A DNA stretch of 64,000 nt from Myxococcota bacterium (GCA_036149055.1 JAYZQJ010000038.1:12343-76342); one strand, 5' to 3'. Counted from the first letter of the stretch, positions 39,818 to 50,976 are shown. The notes: generated by a model from the sequence alone, not told the origin. Translations and numbers: made by a program.

Positions 39818-41272
39818 GTGAAGAACGCAACGACGAAGTGGATCGCGTGGCTGGGAGTGTTGCTCCTCTGGGGCAGCTCCATCGGCACGGGGTTCGCGCA
39901 GGACGGCGAGGACGCCGTCACGGACGAGACCGCCGAGGAGGCCCCGTCGGAGGGTGAGGCGGAGGACGCGGACGCCACCGACGAGGCGAGCGAGGCCACG
40001 GAAGCCGAGGCGACGGACGCCGAGGAGCCCGAGCCCGCGGAGGAGCCGGCCGAGGCCGACCCCAACCTCGAGTTCGACGACGAGCCCGCCACGGAGGAGG
40101 CCTCGAGCGGCCTCGCGGATCCGGAGAGCGAGCTCGAGCCCGGCGACCTCGACGACCCGAGCGACGCCGAGGAGGCCGGAGAGGCCGCAGAGGCGGAGGC
40201 CGAGGAAGCCGAGGAGTCGAGCGCCCCGGCGCCCCTCCCCTGGCGCAGCTCCTTCTTCACCTGGACCAACCAGGCGACCTTCAACAGCTTCTACCGCGGC
40301 GGCCAGCTCAGCTACGACCCGACCTACCAGCAGGCCTTCAGCCTCTCGCCCCGCTGGTACGTGGCGCCGATGACCTTCTTCTGGGCGAACGTCTCGCTCA
40401 ACCTCGAGGTCACCGACACCAACGGGAACGCGCTCAACCGCGACCCGCAGATCGCCGACCCGGTGGTCGAGCTCCGGCACATGATCCCCTGGGAAGGGTT
40501 CATCATCATCGGCCAGGCGCGCCTCGGCTTCCCGCTCAGCAAGACGAGCCAGGCGTCGCAGCGCTACCTGCAGACCGGCCTCGGCACGACCATCGTGCGC
40601 GTGGTGCCGGAGATCAACCTGACGATCGCCGGCCTCTTCGCCTACCGCCGCTGGTGGGCGGGCAGCAACGTCATCCAGACCGGTGAGGGTCAGCCCGACG
40701 ACTGCGGCGGCGTGCAGGCCCCGACGGCCGGCGGCGGCGCGCCCGAGATCGGCGCCACCTTCTGCGACCAGCTCGGCACCTCGAGCGCGGCCCGCGACAT
40801 CATCCTCGCCGGCGTCTCGCTCACGATGACGCCCTTCGGCGGCTTCTCGATCAACGCCTCGGCGTTCGTCTTCAACACCTACAACTACGAGCTGGCGGAC
40901 TTCGTCGACGACGACGGCCTGGTCATCACCAACCCCGAGGACGAGCCGCTCCGCATCCCGGACCAGAGCCGCACGCACTGGCGCAACTTCACCTACTTCG
41001 CGGTGTCGGTCGCCTACCAGTTCCTGCCCTGGCTCAACGTCTCGCTCGGCGTGCAGAACAGCGGCTTCCTCGCCTCGGCCTACAACCCCGACGGCAGCAT
41101 CCGGAACCCGCTCGTCACGCCCGACACCCAGGTGTTCCTGAGCGCCACCTTCGGCCTCGACACGCTCTACACCGAGCTCTTCGTGGGCGCCGAGGACAAC
41201 CTCACGCCGGAAGAGCGGCAGCGCCGCCAGCAGGGCCTCGCCCGCGGCCAGAGCGTCGGAGGGAGCTTCTGA
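39818..41272 (+). CDS. Hypothetical exported protein, probably an outer-membrane beta-barrel with a long acidic N-terminal linker
   Basis: GTG start after AGGGAG; signal peptide ending GFA-Q; ~100 aa Asp/Glu/Ala-rich tract; alternating aromatic beta-strands; C-terminal Phe. Confidence 0.65.
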   Translation: MKNATTKWIAWLGVLLLWGSSIGTGFAQDGEDAVTDETAEEAPSEGEAEDADATDEASEATEAEATDAEEPEPAEEPAEADPNLEFDDEPATEEASSGLADPESELEPGDLDDPSDAEEAGEAAEAEAEEAEESSAPAPLPWRSSFFTWTNQATFNSFYRGGQLSYDPTYQQAFSLSPRWYVAPMTFFWANVSLNLEVTDTNGNALNRDPQIADPVVELRHMIPWEGFIIIGQARLGFPLSKTSQASQRYLQTGLGTTIVRVVPEINLTIAGLFAYRRWWAGSNVIQTGEGQPDDCGGVQAPTAGGGAPEIGATFCDQLGTSSAARDIILAGVSLTMTPFGGFSINASAFVFNTYNYELADFVDDDGLVITNPEDEPLRIPDQSRTHWRNFTYFAVSVAYQFLPWLNVSLGVQNSGFLASAYNPDGSIRNPLVTPDTQVFLSATFGLDTLYTELFVGAEDNLTPEERQRRQQGLARGQSVGGSF

Positions 41273-41451
41273 TGGCGCGATTCACCCCGAACTGCCGCGG
41301 CTCCCGCGGCGTAATGCCCGACGCGTCCCGCCTCTCTTGCAGGGGTTCGGGATCGCATCACCTTGTGACGGTTTCTGCCCGGGGACGTATTCCCGCGGCG
41401 GACGATGGATTTGGTCTGCGGACTTCAGAGGATCGGTTGGAGGCTCCCACG

Positions 41452-44400
41452 ATGAGGCGACTCGGAAACATGCTCGCGCTGCTCGGCGCGATCGCCGCGC
41501 TGGCGGTGGGCTGCGGTGACCCGCAGCCCCCGGTGAACCGCGTCGGCGTGAACGTCGTCGAGAAGAGCGCGTTCACGGGGTCCTGGTACATGCACCAGAC
41601 CATCATCGACATGGAGTACGAGGGCGCGCCCACGGGCTTCGTCGGCGCGAACGCCGGCGACAGCACGGGCGGCTTCCTCGGCTTCAGCCTCCCGCGGATC
41701 CGCTGGGTCATCGACGAGAACTTCCTCTACGCCTACCGCGACTACGAGACCGTCGGCGACCCCGATGACCCCTTCGCGGTCCGCGGCGACGAGGACGAGG
41801 ACTACCTCGGCCAGCCGGTCGCGGCGTTCCGCATCGAGAGCCACTTCGACATTCGCCGCACCTACAACACGGTGACCGGCGAAGAGCAGAACGTGGTCGT
41901 CGAGAACACCACCGACCGCCACTGGTACGAGCGCCAGTTCATGCGCGTCGACTGGTCGCAGAACCTCGTCAACCCGACCTTCGAGGCGGGCGGCGGGTTC
42001 GTCGGCGCCGACTCCGCGCCGATGTTCGTCCAGGACGAGTCGCTCTTCCCGGCCGAGTACCGCCCGCAGTTCCACTTCATGAGCTGTGACGGCATGGAGG
42101 ACGAGGCCTGCGACAGCGACGACCTCGACTACGCCATGGATTACGACCAGGGCGACATGTACAGCTTCAGCTTCGTCAACCAGGCGCTGCTGCGGCCGGC
42201 TCAGATCCCGTTCTTCGGCTTCCTCTGCCGCTGGAGCGACGACGTCGAGAACTTCTTCCCGAGCGCCCCCGAGTGCGCGACGGTCAGCATCTTCATCCGC
42301 ACCAGCTTCCTGCGGGTGAGCGACCGCCACGACTACGAGGCGGTGGGCTGGACCCACGACCGCTTCAACCGCGCCGGGTACTTCGCCCTCGACCGGACCA
42401 CCTACGACCGCTCGAACGGCGCGGGTGACCCGAGCTACGGCGTGACCGACTTCACCAACCAGTCGACCAACCGCCACAACATCTGGCTCCGCTGGTTCGA
42501 GCGCGACGCCGAGGGCAACATCGTGCGCGACGACGCCGGCCGCCCGGTGCTCCTCCCCTACGAGGAGCGCGGCACCCGGCAGATCGCGTGGTACGCGAGC
42601 CGCGAGGTCCCCGCGCACCTGATCAAGTCGAGCTACGAGGTCGCCAGCGAGTGGAACCACACCTTCATGCAGATGGTGCGGAACCTGAAGGGCGACGCGC
42701 TCCCCGAGTACGCGCCGGTCTCCTGCCAGACCGACGACCCGGGCGGCTACTGCTACTGCCAGGAGCACCCGGAGACGGGCGAGGTCCTGAACCCGACCTG
42801 CGCGGGCCGCTACGACCCGTTCGAGTCCCCCGACGACGCGCGTGCGCGCATCACCTCGGGTGAGCCCTACGACTGCTACGTCGCCACGGTCGACGAGGCG
42901 GGCAACGTGGTCGGCGACGCGATGGCCAACGAGCCCGACTACAACAACCTCGGCCTCAGCGACTCCGACTTCAACTCGTGGTTCGACACCGCGATGGTCG
43001 GCAGCGAGTGCGTGAACGTGCTCCGCATGAACACCTGCAACCTCGCCAACCAGGACGAGTGGGAGAACCTCGACTGCCAGAACCGCGGCGACGTTCGCTT
43101 CAAGCTCCTCAGCTACGTCGACCAGCCCGGCACGCCCTTCCTCGGCGTGGCGCAGCTCCGCGGTGACCCCCTCACCGGTCGCGTGGTCACCGGCGACGCC
43201 AACATCGGCGGCCCGGCGATGCAGACCCAGCGCACCCGCGCGCTCGAGGCCTACGACCTCATCAACGGCAACATCACCGAGCAGGAGTACTACACGGGCC
43301 AGGACGTCCGTGCGTACCTCGAGTCGATCGGCGCCGGCTCCTTCAACCCGACGCCCCGCATCGACTTCCGTCAGGCCGCGCACGGCGCCGGGCTGGCGGT
43401 CAACCCGTCCTTCCGGGCGGGCATGAACTCCGTGATGGACCGCGCGTGGGACCGCGCCCAGGTGCTCGAGGGCGCCGAGGGCCGGGCCGCCATCTACAGC
43501 GACCGCCTCCACGCGCTCGCCGGCACCGACATCGAGCGGCGTCTGATGGCGGGCCAGGACGCCTTCGCGATGGCCGGCTTCGACCACCTCCCGGAGGGCA
43601 TGTCGCCCGACCTCCCGACCGACGAGGCCGTCTCGGCGATCTCGCCGTTCCAGGTCGACTTCGGTGAGCGGTACATGGAGATGCAGGACCACCAGCTCCG
43701 CATGGGCCTGCAGAACATGATCCTGCCGAACAACTACACGGACGACTCGGTCCTGTCCTTCGTGAACCAGCACCGCGACTGGTCGCGCGTCCGCGTCGAG
43801 TTCGAGCTGAACCGCCGCCTCTACCGCGACACGCAGGTCCACGAGCTCGGCCACTGCCTCGGCCTCCGCCACCACTTCGGCGGCACCGCGGACCCGGGCA
43901 ACTACTTCGACGGCTACTACACCATCAACGAGCGCTTCCCGGTCCCGGAGCCCCGCGACTTCGACACCGACGGCACGGTGGGCCTCAGCCCGACCGAGCA
44001 GATCGCGTTCGAGGACGCGTACGAGGAGGCGGTCCGCCTCCGCGAGCTCGCCGGCATCGACCAGTGGTCGAACAGCTCGGTGATGGACTACACGCCGAAC
44101 TGGTACCAGCGCATCAACGGCGCCGGCTACCACGACTTCATGGCCATCAGCTTCGGCTACGGCGACGTCGTGGACATCTACGACAACACCGTGGCGGCCG
44201 ACGGCACGGCCCGCGCGCCGCTCCCCCTCGACGCCCTGACGCCGGTCAACACCATGCGTCGCGGAGTGAAGTACTACCACGGCGGCGAGACCTGCGAGTC
44301 CGACGCGCAGTGCCCCTACGCGGCCACCGGCTCGCGCTCCGGGGAGCTCCTCCAGACCAACCTGGACTCGGGCCTCACCCAGCGCTGCGTGCCCTCGGCT

Positions 44401-45876
44401 CGCACGGACGGCCTCAACGTCTGCTCGAACTTCGACGACGACGCCCGCGCGCTGGCCGACGCCGGCAGCACCTGGGTGCCGGTCGAGTACTTCTACTGCG
44501 AGGACATCCGCTCGAGCACGCGGAGCCTCCCGGGCTGCGCGGTCTTCGACGAGGGTGACTCGTTCCGCGAGATCGTGCGCAACCAGGTCGCGTCCTACGA
44601 GCGCGACTACATCTTCAGCGCCTTCCGCCGGTTCCGCCGCCGCTTCAGCGTCGGCAACTACTTCGGTCGGCTCATCCGGTTCCTCGACCCGCTCCTCGGG
44701 ATCTACCAGAACCTGATCTACCGCTACGGCGCCGACCCGGCGTTCCGCGAGCAGGAGGGCGCGTTCGGCTTCACCGACGAGTTCCTCGCGACCGCGGACA
44801 CCATGAACTTCTTCGCGCGCCTCCTCGCTCAGCCCTCCATCGGCTCCTACACCTACAACGCGGGGTGGGACCGGTACGAGCTGACGAGCCTCGACGCCGA
44901 GCCCGACGCCCAGTTCGTCGTGCCCTTCGGCGAGGGCCGCTACCTGAACTCGGTCTACCAGACGGGCCTCTCGGGCATCTGGCGCATCGAGCGGATCGGG
45001 TCGATCTACGACGCGATCATCGCGATGCAGCTGATGACCTTCCGCGGCCTCTCGCCCTTCTACGGGTCGGACGTCGTCTTCCAGACGAACTTCTACGACA
45101 TCTTCCCGAACGAGATTCAGCAGATCTTCACCGGGATGATCGCGGCGCGCCCCGAGGAGTACATGCCTCGCCTCTCCGGCTGCAGCGGGGCCTCGCGCCG
45201 CTGCCCCGAGGGTCGCGTGGTCTTCATGGACTTCTACCGCGGCAACTGCTTCCCCGACGAAGACGGCGTGGTGGACCCGACCCAGTGTCGTCCGCCCACC
45301 GACGTGACCTACCAGGACCTCGACGTGCTGAACGGTGGCACGCGCTTCTTCCTGCAGTCGTACGCGGCCATCTTCAGCCTCGCGAACTTCCCCATCTACT
45401 ACGACACGACCTTCCAGAATCAGATGTTCCTCTGCGTGGAAGGCCAAGGGGACTGCAACCGGCCGTCGCCGGGCTCCGTGGAGGGCGTCGACTACGTCCG
45501 CCACACGAGCACGCGCTTCGGCAAGACCTTCATCGCCTGGCAGGTCGACCCGCAGGAGGGCGTCGCCGAGCAGACCTCCATCGCCTTCGCGATGGTCAAG
45601 GAGGCTCGCGACTCCGCCTTCATCGTCGAGATGCTGCAGAAGTACCGCGGCGACGAGGGTGGCACCCCCTACGACATCGGGAACCTCACCGCCGCCGAGC
45701 AGGCGGAGCTCGCCGCCATCGGCTACGAGCTGCCGGCTGACGGGGACGTCGACTTCGAGATCGACCGCCTCGACAGCCGCCTCCGCAGCCTCGAGGGCTT
45801 CTTCTTCTACGTCGTGCAGCTGGAGCGGTTCTACGGAATCGAGTTCCCGGCGATCTACACCCGTCCGGAGATCTAG
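41452..45876 (+). CDS. Giant metzincin-type zinc metalloprotease lipoprotein (paralog 1)
   Basis: Lipobox ALAVGC; HELGHCLGLRH zinc motif; Met-turn SSVMDY; Cys-rich insertions; DFDTDG possible Ca-binding loop. Confidence 0.85.
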   Translation: MRRLGNMLALLGAIAALAVGCGDPQPPVNRVGVNVVEKSAFTGSWYMHQTIIDMEYEGAPTGFVGANAGDSTGGFLGFSLPRIRWVIDENFLYAYRDYETVGDPDDPFAVRGDEDEDYLGQPVAAFRIESHFDIRRTYNTVTGEEQNVVVENTTDRHWYERQFMRVDWSQNLVNPTFEAGGGFVGADSAPMFVQDESLFPAEYRPQFHFMSCDGMEDEACDSDDLDYAMDYDQGDMYSFSFVNQALLRPAQIPFFGFLCRWSDDVENFFPSAPECATVSIFIRTSFLRVSDRHDYEAVGWTHDRFNRAGYFALDRTTYDRSNGAGDPSYGVTDFTNQSTNRHNIWLRWFERDAEGNIVRDDAGRPVLLPYEERGTRQIAWYASREVPAHLIKSSYEVASEWNHTFMQMVRNLKGDALPEYAPVSCQTDDPGGYCYCQEHPETGEVLNPTCAGRYDPFESPDDARARITSGEPYDCYVATVDEAGNVVGDAMANEPDYNNLGLSDSDFNSWFDTAMVGSECVNVLRMNTCNLANQDEWENLDCQNRGDVRFKLLSYVDQPGTPFLGVAQLRGDPLTGRVVTGDANIGGPAMQTQRTRALEAYDLINGNITEQEYYTGQDVRAYLESIGAGSFNPTPRIDFRQAAHGAGLAVNPSFRAGMNSVMDRAWDRAQVLEGAEGRAAIYSDRLHALAGTDIERRLMAGQDAFAMAGFDHLPEGMSPDLPTDEAVSAISPFQVDFGERYMEMQDHQLRMGLQNMILPNNYTDDSVLSFVNQHRDWSRVRVEFELNRRLYRDTQVHELGHCLGLRHHFGGTADPGNYFDGYYTINERFPVPEPRDFDTDGTVGLSPTEQIAFEDAYEEAVRLRELAGIDQWSNSSVMDYTPNWYQRINGAGYHDFMAISFGYGDVVDIYDNTVAADGTARAPLPLDALTPVNTMRRGVKYYHGGETCESDAQCPYAATGSRSGELLQTNLDSGLTQRCVPSARTDGLNVCSNFDDDARALADAGSTWVPVEYFYCEDIRSSTRSLPGCAVFDEGDSFREIVRNQVASYERDYIFSAFRRFRRRFSVGNYFGRLIRFLDPLLGIYQNLIYRYGADPAFREQEGAFGFTDEFLATADTMNFFARLLAQPSIGSYTYNAGWDRYELTSLDAEPDAQFVVPFGEGRYLNSVYQTGLSGIWRIERIGSIYDAIIAMQLMTFRGLSPFYGSDVVFQTNFYDIFPNEIQQIFTGMIAARPEEYMPRLSGCSGASRRCPEGRVVFMDFYRGNCFPDEDGVVDPTQCRPPTDVTYQDLDVLNGGTRFFLQSYAAIFSLANFPIYYDTTFQNQMFLCVEGQGDCNRPSPGSVEGVDYVRHTSTRFGKTFIAWQVDPQEGVAEQTSIAFAMVKEARDSAFIVEMLQKYRGDEGGTPYDIGNLTAAEQAELAAIGYELPADGDVDFEIDRLDSRLRSLEGFFFYVVQLERFYGIEFPAIYTRPEI

Positions 45877-45956
45877 GAGTGGACATGGAATCGACGCGCA
45901 CTTCTCAGAATCACCGGAACAGGCAGGACTCAGCCATGGATCACGGAGCCAACAAG

Positions 45957-48900
45957 ATGCGGATCACCCGCCACGGACTGCTCGGAGCGCTCGTGCTCGC
46001 CCTCGGGAGCCTCTCCCTCGGCGTGGCGGGCTGCGCCGAGCCCGGCCCGGACATCAACCGCGTCCAGACCAACCTCGTCGACAAGAGCATCTTCGAGGGT
46101 GAGTGGTGGTACACGCGCACCGTCGCCGACATCGACGACGACGCGTCCTGGGCCATCAACGGCGCCGGCGCCGGCGCCCCCTGGCCCGGCGCGACCGCCA
46201 ACTTCGACATCGCCTCGCGCTCCGGCATCATGGGCCGGATCCGCTGGGTCATCGACGAGGACTTCCTCTACGCCTACCGCTCGCACGAGATCATCTTCGG
46301 CGGCGCGGAGGACGCGGACGAGGACGGCTACCTCGGTCAGCCGCTCGCGGTCTTCCCGATCACCGGCCACGTGGACGTCCGGCGCGAGTACAGCGCGATC
46401 ACCGGTGAGCCCACCAACGTGATCAGCGAGAGCCAGGACCGCCGCTGGTACGACCGTCAGTACCTGCGCGTCGACTGGTCGCAGAACCTGGTGACCTTCG
46501 GCCTCTTCGGCGCCAGCCTCGAGCTCAACGAGTTCTTCGGCCAGTTCCGCCGCGAGCCGGTCACCAACTTCGTCCAGGAGGGCGGCGACTCCCGCATCCC
46601 CGACAGCTGGCGCCCGACCTTCGTCCGCATCGGCGACGACCCGGAGTACCGCTTCTACGACGAGTGGCCCACCGAGCAGCACGACGACGTCCACTACATG
46701 TCGTTCGTCACCAACGAGCTCTGGACCCCGACGAACTGCCCGAGCGACGTCTGCCAGACGTCGATCCGGATCAGCATCCGCAACTCGTTCCTGCGCGTGC
46801 CGCCGAACCACCAGTACGCGGCCGAGTCGCTCGAGAACGACGAGTACGACCGCTTCGGCATCATCCGCACCGAGGCCCGCACCTACATCCGTGGCGGCGA
46901 GGATCGCTCCGAGCTCAGCACCTACTGTGACGCTCGCGCGGTCGCGACCTGCACCTTCGACGACGACTGCGGCACCGGCGGCTCCTGTGACTTCGGCGCC
47001 GACGGCGTGGGTCGCTGCGTCGCGGGCACCATGGAGGACGTCGACGACTGCGGCGTGGGCGTGATGGCGGACTACGCCACCGGCCGCTGCCAGAACGACA
47101 TCGACGCCGAGTGCGGTCCCGGCCTCTGCAACATGGACACGCACCTCTGCCAGGGCGGCCTGACCCCCGAGTACGGGGAGACGGACTTCCTCGCCTACTG
47201 GCGCCTGCGTCACAACTTCTACGCCCGCTCGCTCGCGGCCGCGGACGACCCCCGTCACACCGGCGGTCGCTGCGTCGCGGACTGGCAGTGCGACAACCGC
47301 CACGGCACCGTCGACACCGGCGCGCTCATGAGCAGCGCGTGGGTCGGTGAGCTCAGCTCGATGCTCGAGCGCGAGGTCACCCCCGGCGACCTGCTCGCGG
47401 GCTCGACCTGTGACCCGGCGGCGTCCCGCTGCACCATCCCGCTCCGCACCCGCCCGGCGCGGCCCGTGGACTACTACCTCAACCCGCACTTCCCGCAGCA
47501 CCTCGTGCGCACCTCCATGGAGGTCGTGTCGCAGTGGAACGACGGGTTCATGCAGGGCAACCGTGAGCTCCACGGCCAGGCCCTCCCGACCGGCGCGCCC
47601 GTCGCCTGCCAGTCGGAGAACCCGGTGGACTACTGCTTCTGCGCCGCCGACGGCAGCCTCAAGTCGCCGGAGGTCCGGGCGGACGACACCTGCGCCCACC
47701 GCTCCAACTACTTCGTCCCGCCGGAGGCGCGCGGCGAGGAGAACCCGTACGACTGCTGGGTCGCGATCGTGGGCGCCGACGGCACCCCGACCACCGACGA
47801 GGGCATCAACCCCGCCAACCCGACCAGCCACGCCGACTACAGCGACGAGGTCTACCGCTACGCGTTCGTGGGCGACGAGTGCATGCTCCGCCTCAACGTC
47901 AACAGCTGTGACGTCCCGGTCGCCGACGGCGAGGACCCCGCCCCGTGTGAGGAGCTCGGTGACATCCGTTACCAGTTCTACAACTACGCGACCGGCGCCG
48001 GCGCCGGCTGGTGTGGCGTGATGCAGCAGATGTCCGACCCGACCAACGGCGAGGCCATCAGCATCCCGATCAACATGGGCGAGCTCTGCGAGGACCGCAT
48101 CGCCACGAACGCGCTCGACCTCTGGCCGGTCCTTCGCGGCGAGATCGACGAGAGCTCGCTGTTCACCGGTGAGAACGTCCGCGGCTACTACGAGCGCCTC
48201 GGCAACGTGCACGTGCCCGTCGGCCTCGCGCCGGCCATCAACGGCAACGAGTACACCCCCGGCGACCTCGGCCGCCCGACCGGTCTCGCGGCCCAGGGCC
48301 TCTCGACCCGGCTGAACGACCACCTCAACGACGTGTTCAGCGAGATGGCGCCCCGCTTCGAGGCGCTCCGCGCTGGCAACGAGGGTCGCGCGCAGATCAT
48401 GAGCGACCGCCTCCGGAACCTCGCCGGCACGCAGATCGAGCGTCGCCTGGTCGAGGGCATGGCGGCGGAGGGCTTCGGCGGTCTCGCCGACTCCAACCCG
48501 CTCATGGCGCTCAACATGGAGACGCAGGGCCTGACCCGTCCGGACTCGGCGACGATGCTCGAGCAGCTCTCGCCCTTCCGCGACAACTTCCAGCAGCTCC
48601 TCACCCAGGATCACATGCGGGAGATGGCGTTCGCCGAGAACCACATCTACTACCCCCGCGACGCGATCTTCACGTCTCGCTACAACCAGTACTGGGCCAA
48701 CGCCTTCGCGGGCCGCCCGTACGAAGAGGCGCACATCCGCTGGCGTCAGGCCTTCCACCGCGCGGTCATGCTCCACGAGCTCGGCCACGGTCTCGGCCTC
48801 GAGCACAACTTCGCGGCCAGCTACGACCGCGACCACTACCACGACGGCTACTTCAACCTCGTGACCACCCGTGAGGGTGAGAGCCGTCCCTTCGCGCTGC

Positions 48901-50915
48901 CGACGATCGACGAGTTCGACTGCGGCGAGGACGGGCTCTGCCCCGGCGACCCGGGCCACACCATGCCCGACGACGGCGAGGCCGACACCATCCTCACCGA
49001 CGACGAGGCCGTGCGCTGGGTGGAGGCGATCCGCGAGATCCGCACCAACCGCTCGCTCAACGGTCTCGGCAACACGATGACCTCGTCGCTCATGGACTAC
49101 AACGGCGACCTCTCGGACATGTCCGGGCTCGGCCGCTACGACCACGCGGCGGTCTTCTACAACTACTTCAACCTGGTCGAGGCCTTCGACGGCGACCCGC
49201 TGTACCGCGAGGGCGCGAGCTCCTCGCTCGACGGCCTGCTCCGCTCGGACACCACCGAGCGTCGCCTCTGGACCTGGTACCAGGGCGGTGAGTCCTGCGA
49301 CATCGACGTCGACTGCCCCTACGCGGCCGGCTCCGAGGCGCTCACGGACTCGCAGGGCATCTTCCAGCGCTGCATCCAGAACCCGCGCTACGCGAACATC
49401 CCGATCCCCTGCAACGGTGAGCGGAACTGCGTGTGCTCCAACTTCGACGAGGACTTCATCGACTTCGTCGAGCAGGCGGAGCCCCGCTACAACTCGGACG
49501 CGGACGGCGACGGCGTCGTCGACTACGACCGGGTCGAGTACATGTTCTGCAGCAACCCGCGCCTCGGCGACATCTCCTGGTGCAACACCTTCGACGCGGG
49601 TGAGAGCTTCCAGGAGACGATCGATCACTTCCGCCAGATGTGGCAGGAGAACTACCCGCGCAGCTACTACCGGAACTACCGCCGGAACTTCTTCACCGGA
49701 GCCCGCTCGACGCGCTACATCGTCGACGCCGCGAAGATGTACCAGCACCTCTTCTTCCGGTACTTCTACGAGCCCGAGTTCCGCCGTCAGACCGGCCCGC
49801 TCGGCTTCAACGACCAGTACCTCGCCTCGGTCGACGCGATGAACTGGCTCGCGGAGCTGGCGCAGCTGCCCGACATCGGCTCCTACCGGCTCGAGAACAC
49901 CGCGGGTCCCGAGACCTGTGATCCCCGCAACCCGGACGCCCCCGGCAACCCCGCGGGCTGCGAGTACGCCTACCGTCACCTCGGCGAGGAGATGGACATG
50001 GCGGAGGCGGACTTCTCCCTCGCGCCTGGCCAGGGCTTCCGCACCTGGTCGGAGTACCAGGACGGCCTCTACGGCTTCTTCCGCATGGAGATCGCCGGGA
50101 CGTTCTGGGACAAGCTCATCGCCCTCAACGCGCTCACCATTCGTGACTGGGGCCTGAGCTTCACCGTCGACGAGCGGTACTTCATCAACTTCTACGACCT
50201 CTTCCCGGTCGAGATGACGGAGCTCTACGGTGGCTACGTCATCGACGACGAGGCCTGGTACGCCCCGCGCGTCCGGATGGAGGACGGGGAGCCGCACGTC
50301 TACTACCTGAACTACCTCCGCGGGAACTGCCGCGACGAGACCACCGGCGTCCTCTCGGTCTGCCGCGACTCGAACGAGGTGGAGTTCACCGACCCGCCGC
50401 TCATGGACACGAGCAACGAGATCCTGCGCCTCTACGCGTCGGTCTTCGCGCTCTCCCGGATCCCGGTCTTCTACGACCCGTCGTTCGAGAGCCGGCTGGC
50501 GATCTTCAAGCTGGACAACGCGGACGGCTTCGACATCCCGGACGTCCAGACCGACGGGCTGCCGACCCAGGCGTACGGCGAGGCGATCCCGGGCTCGGGT
50601 CACGCGGTGACCACCGACCCGGCCGAGGCGGACTACATCATCTACACGTCCGACCGCCTCCACGTGCCCTACGTCGCGGTGAAGCTGCGCGAGCGGCTGA
50701 CCTTCAACCTCGAGGAGGAGCAGCTGGGCTTCCAGCTCCTGCTCCAGGTCTCGCAGCTCCAGCAGCGGGTTCGTCAGCTCGAGGCGCTCGCCAGCCCGAC
50801 GCCCGAGCAGCGCGCCGAGCTGAGCCGCCTGCGCCGCGACCTCGTCGGGAACGAGTCGTTCCTCGAGTCGCTCATCGAGGTCTCCCGCATCTTCGGCATC
50901 ACCAGCTGGCTCTGA
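45957..50915 (+). CDS. Giant metzincin-type zinc metalloprotease lipoprotein (paralog 2)
   Basis: Lipobox GVAGC; HELGHGLGLEH; Met-turn SSLMDY; shares IRWVIDE.FLYAYR and RVDWSQNLV with paralog 1. Alternative start at 45936. Confidence 0.85.
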   Translation: MRITRHGLLGALVLALGSLSLGVAGCAEPGPDINRVQTNLVDKSIFEGEWWYTRTVADIDDDASWAINGAGAGAPWPGATANFDIASRSGIMGRIRWVIDEDFLYAYRSHEIIFGGAEDADEDGYLGQPLAVFPITGHVDVRREYSAITGEPTNVISESQDRRWYDRQYLRVDWSQNLVTFGLFGASLELNEFFGQFRREPVTNFVQEGGDSRIPDSWRPTFVRIGDDPEYRFYDEWPTEQHDDVHYMSFVTNELWTPTNCPSDVCQTSIRISIRNSFLRVPPNHQYAAESLENDEYDRFGIIRTEARTYIRGGEDRSELSTYCDARAVATCTFDDDCGTGGSCDFGADGVGRCVAGTMEDVDDCGVGVMADYATGRCQNDIDAECGPGLCNMDTHLCQGGLTPEYGETDFLAYWRLRHNFYARSLAAADDPRHTGGRCVADWQCDNRHGTVDTGALMSSAWVGELSSMLEREVTPGDLLAGSTCDPAASRCTIPLRTRPARPVDYYLNPHFPQHLVRTSMEVVSQWNDGFMQGNRELHGQALPTGAPVACQSENPVDYCFCAADGSLKSPEVRADDTCAHRSNYFVPPEARGEENPYDCWVAIVGADGTPTTDEGINPANPTSHADYSDEVYRYAFVGDECMLRLNVNSCDVPVADGEDPAPCEELGDIRYQFYNYATGAGAGWCGVMQQMSDPTNGEAISIPINMGELCEDRIATNALDLWPVLRGEIDESSLFTGENVRGYYERLGNVHVPVGLAPAINGNEYTPGDLGRPTGLAAQGLSTRLNDHLNDVFSEMAPRFEALRAGNEGRAQIMSDRLRNLAGTQIERRLVEGMAAEGFGGLADSNPLMALNMETQGLTRPDSATMLEQLSPFRDNFQQLLTQDHMREMAFAENHIYYPRDAIFTSRYNQYWANAFAGRPYEEAHIRWRQAFHRAVMLHELGHGLGLEHNFAASYDRDHYHDGYFNLVTTREGESRPFALPTIDEFDCGEDGLCPGDPGHTMPDDGEADTILTDDEAVRWVEAIREIRTNRSLNGLGNTMTSSLMDYNGDLSDMSGLGRYDHAAVFYNYFNLVEAFDGDPLYREGASSSLDGLLRSDTTERRLWTWYQGGESCDIDVDCPYAAGSEALTDSQGIFQRCIQNPRYANIPIPCNGERNCVCSNFDEDFIDFVEQAEPRYNSDADGDGVVDYDRVEYMFCSNPRLGDISWCNTFDAGESFQETIDHFRQMWQENYPRSYYRNYRRNFFTGARSTRYIVDAAKMYQHLFFRYFYEPEFRRQTGPLGFNDQYLASVDAMNWLAELAQLPDIGSYRLENTAGPETCDPRNPDAPGNPAGCEYAYRHLGEEMDMAEADFSLAPGQGFRTWSEYQDGLYGFFRMEIAGTFWDKLIALNALTIRDWGLSFTVDERYFINFYDLFPVEMTELYGGYVIDDEAWYAPRVRMEDGEPHVYYLNYLRGNCRDETTGVLSVCRDSNEVEFTDPPLMDTSNEILRLYASVFALSRIPVFYDPSFESRLAIFKLDNADGFDIPDVQTDGLPTQAYGEAIPGSGHAVTTDPAEADYIIYTSDRLHVPYVAVKLRERLTFNLEEEQLGFQLLLQVSQLQQRVRQLEALASPTPEQRAELSRLRRDLVGNESFLESLIEVSRIFGITSWL

Positions 50916-50938
50916 CCTAGAGCCGCTCGATCCGGAGC

Positions 50939-50976
50939 ACGGCCCGGCACCTCACGGTGTCGGGCCGTTTCATTTT
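50939..50976 (+). terminator. Probable intrinsic terminator
   Basis: Stem ACGGCCCGGCACC / GGTGTCGGGCCGT with a 4-nt loop, followed by TTCATTTT, downstream of the metalloprotease pair. Confidence 0.75.
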
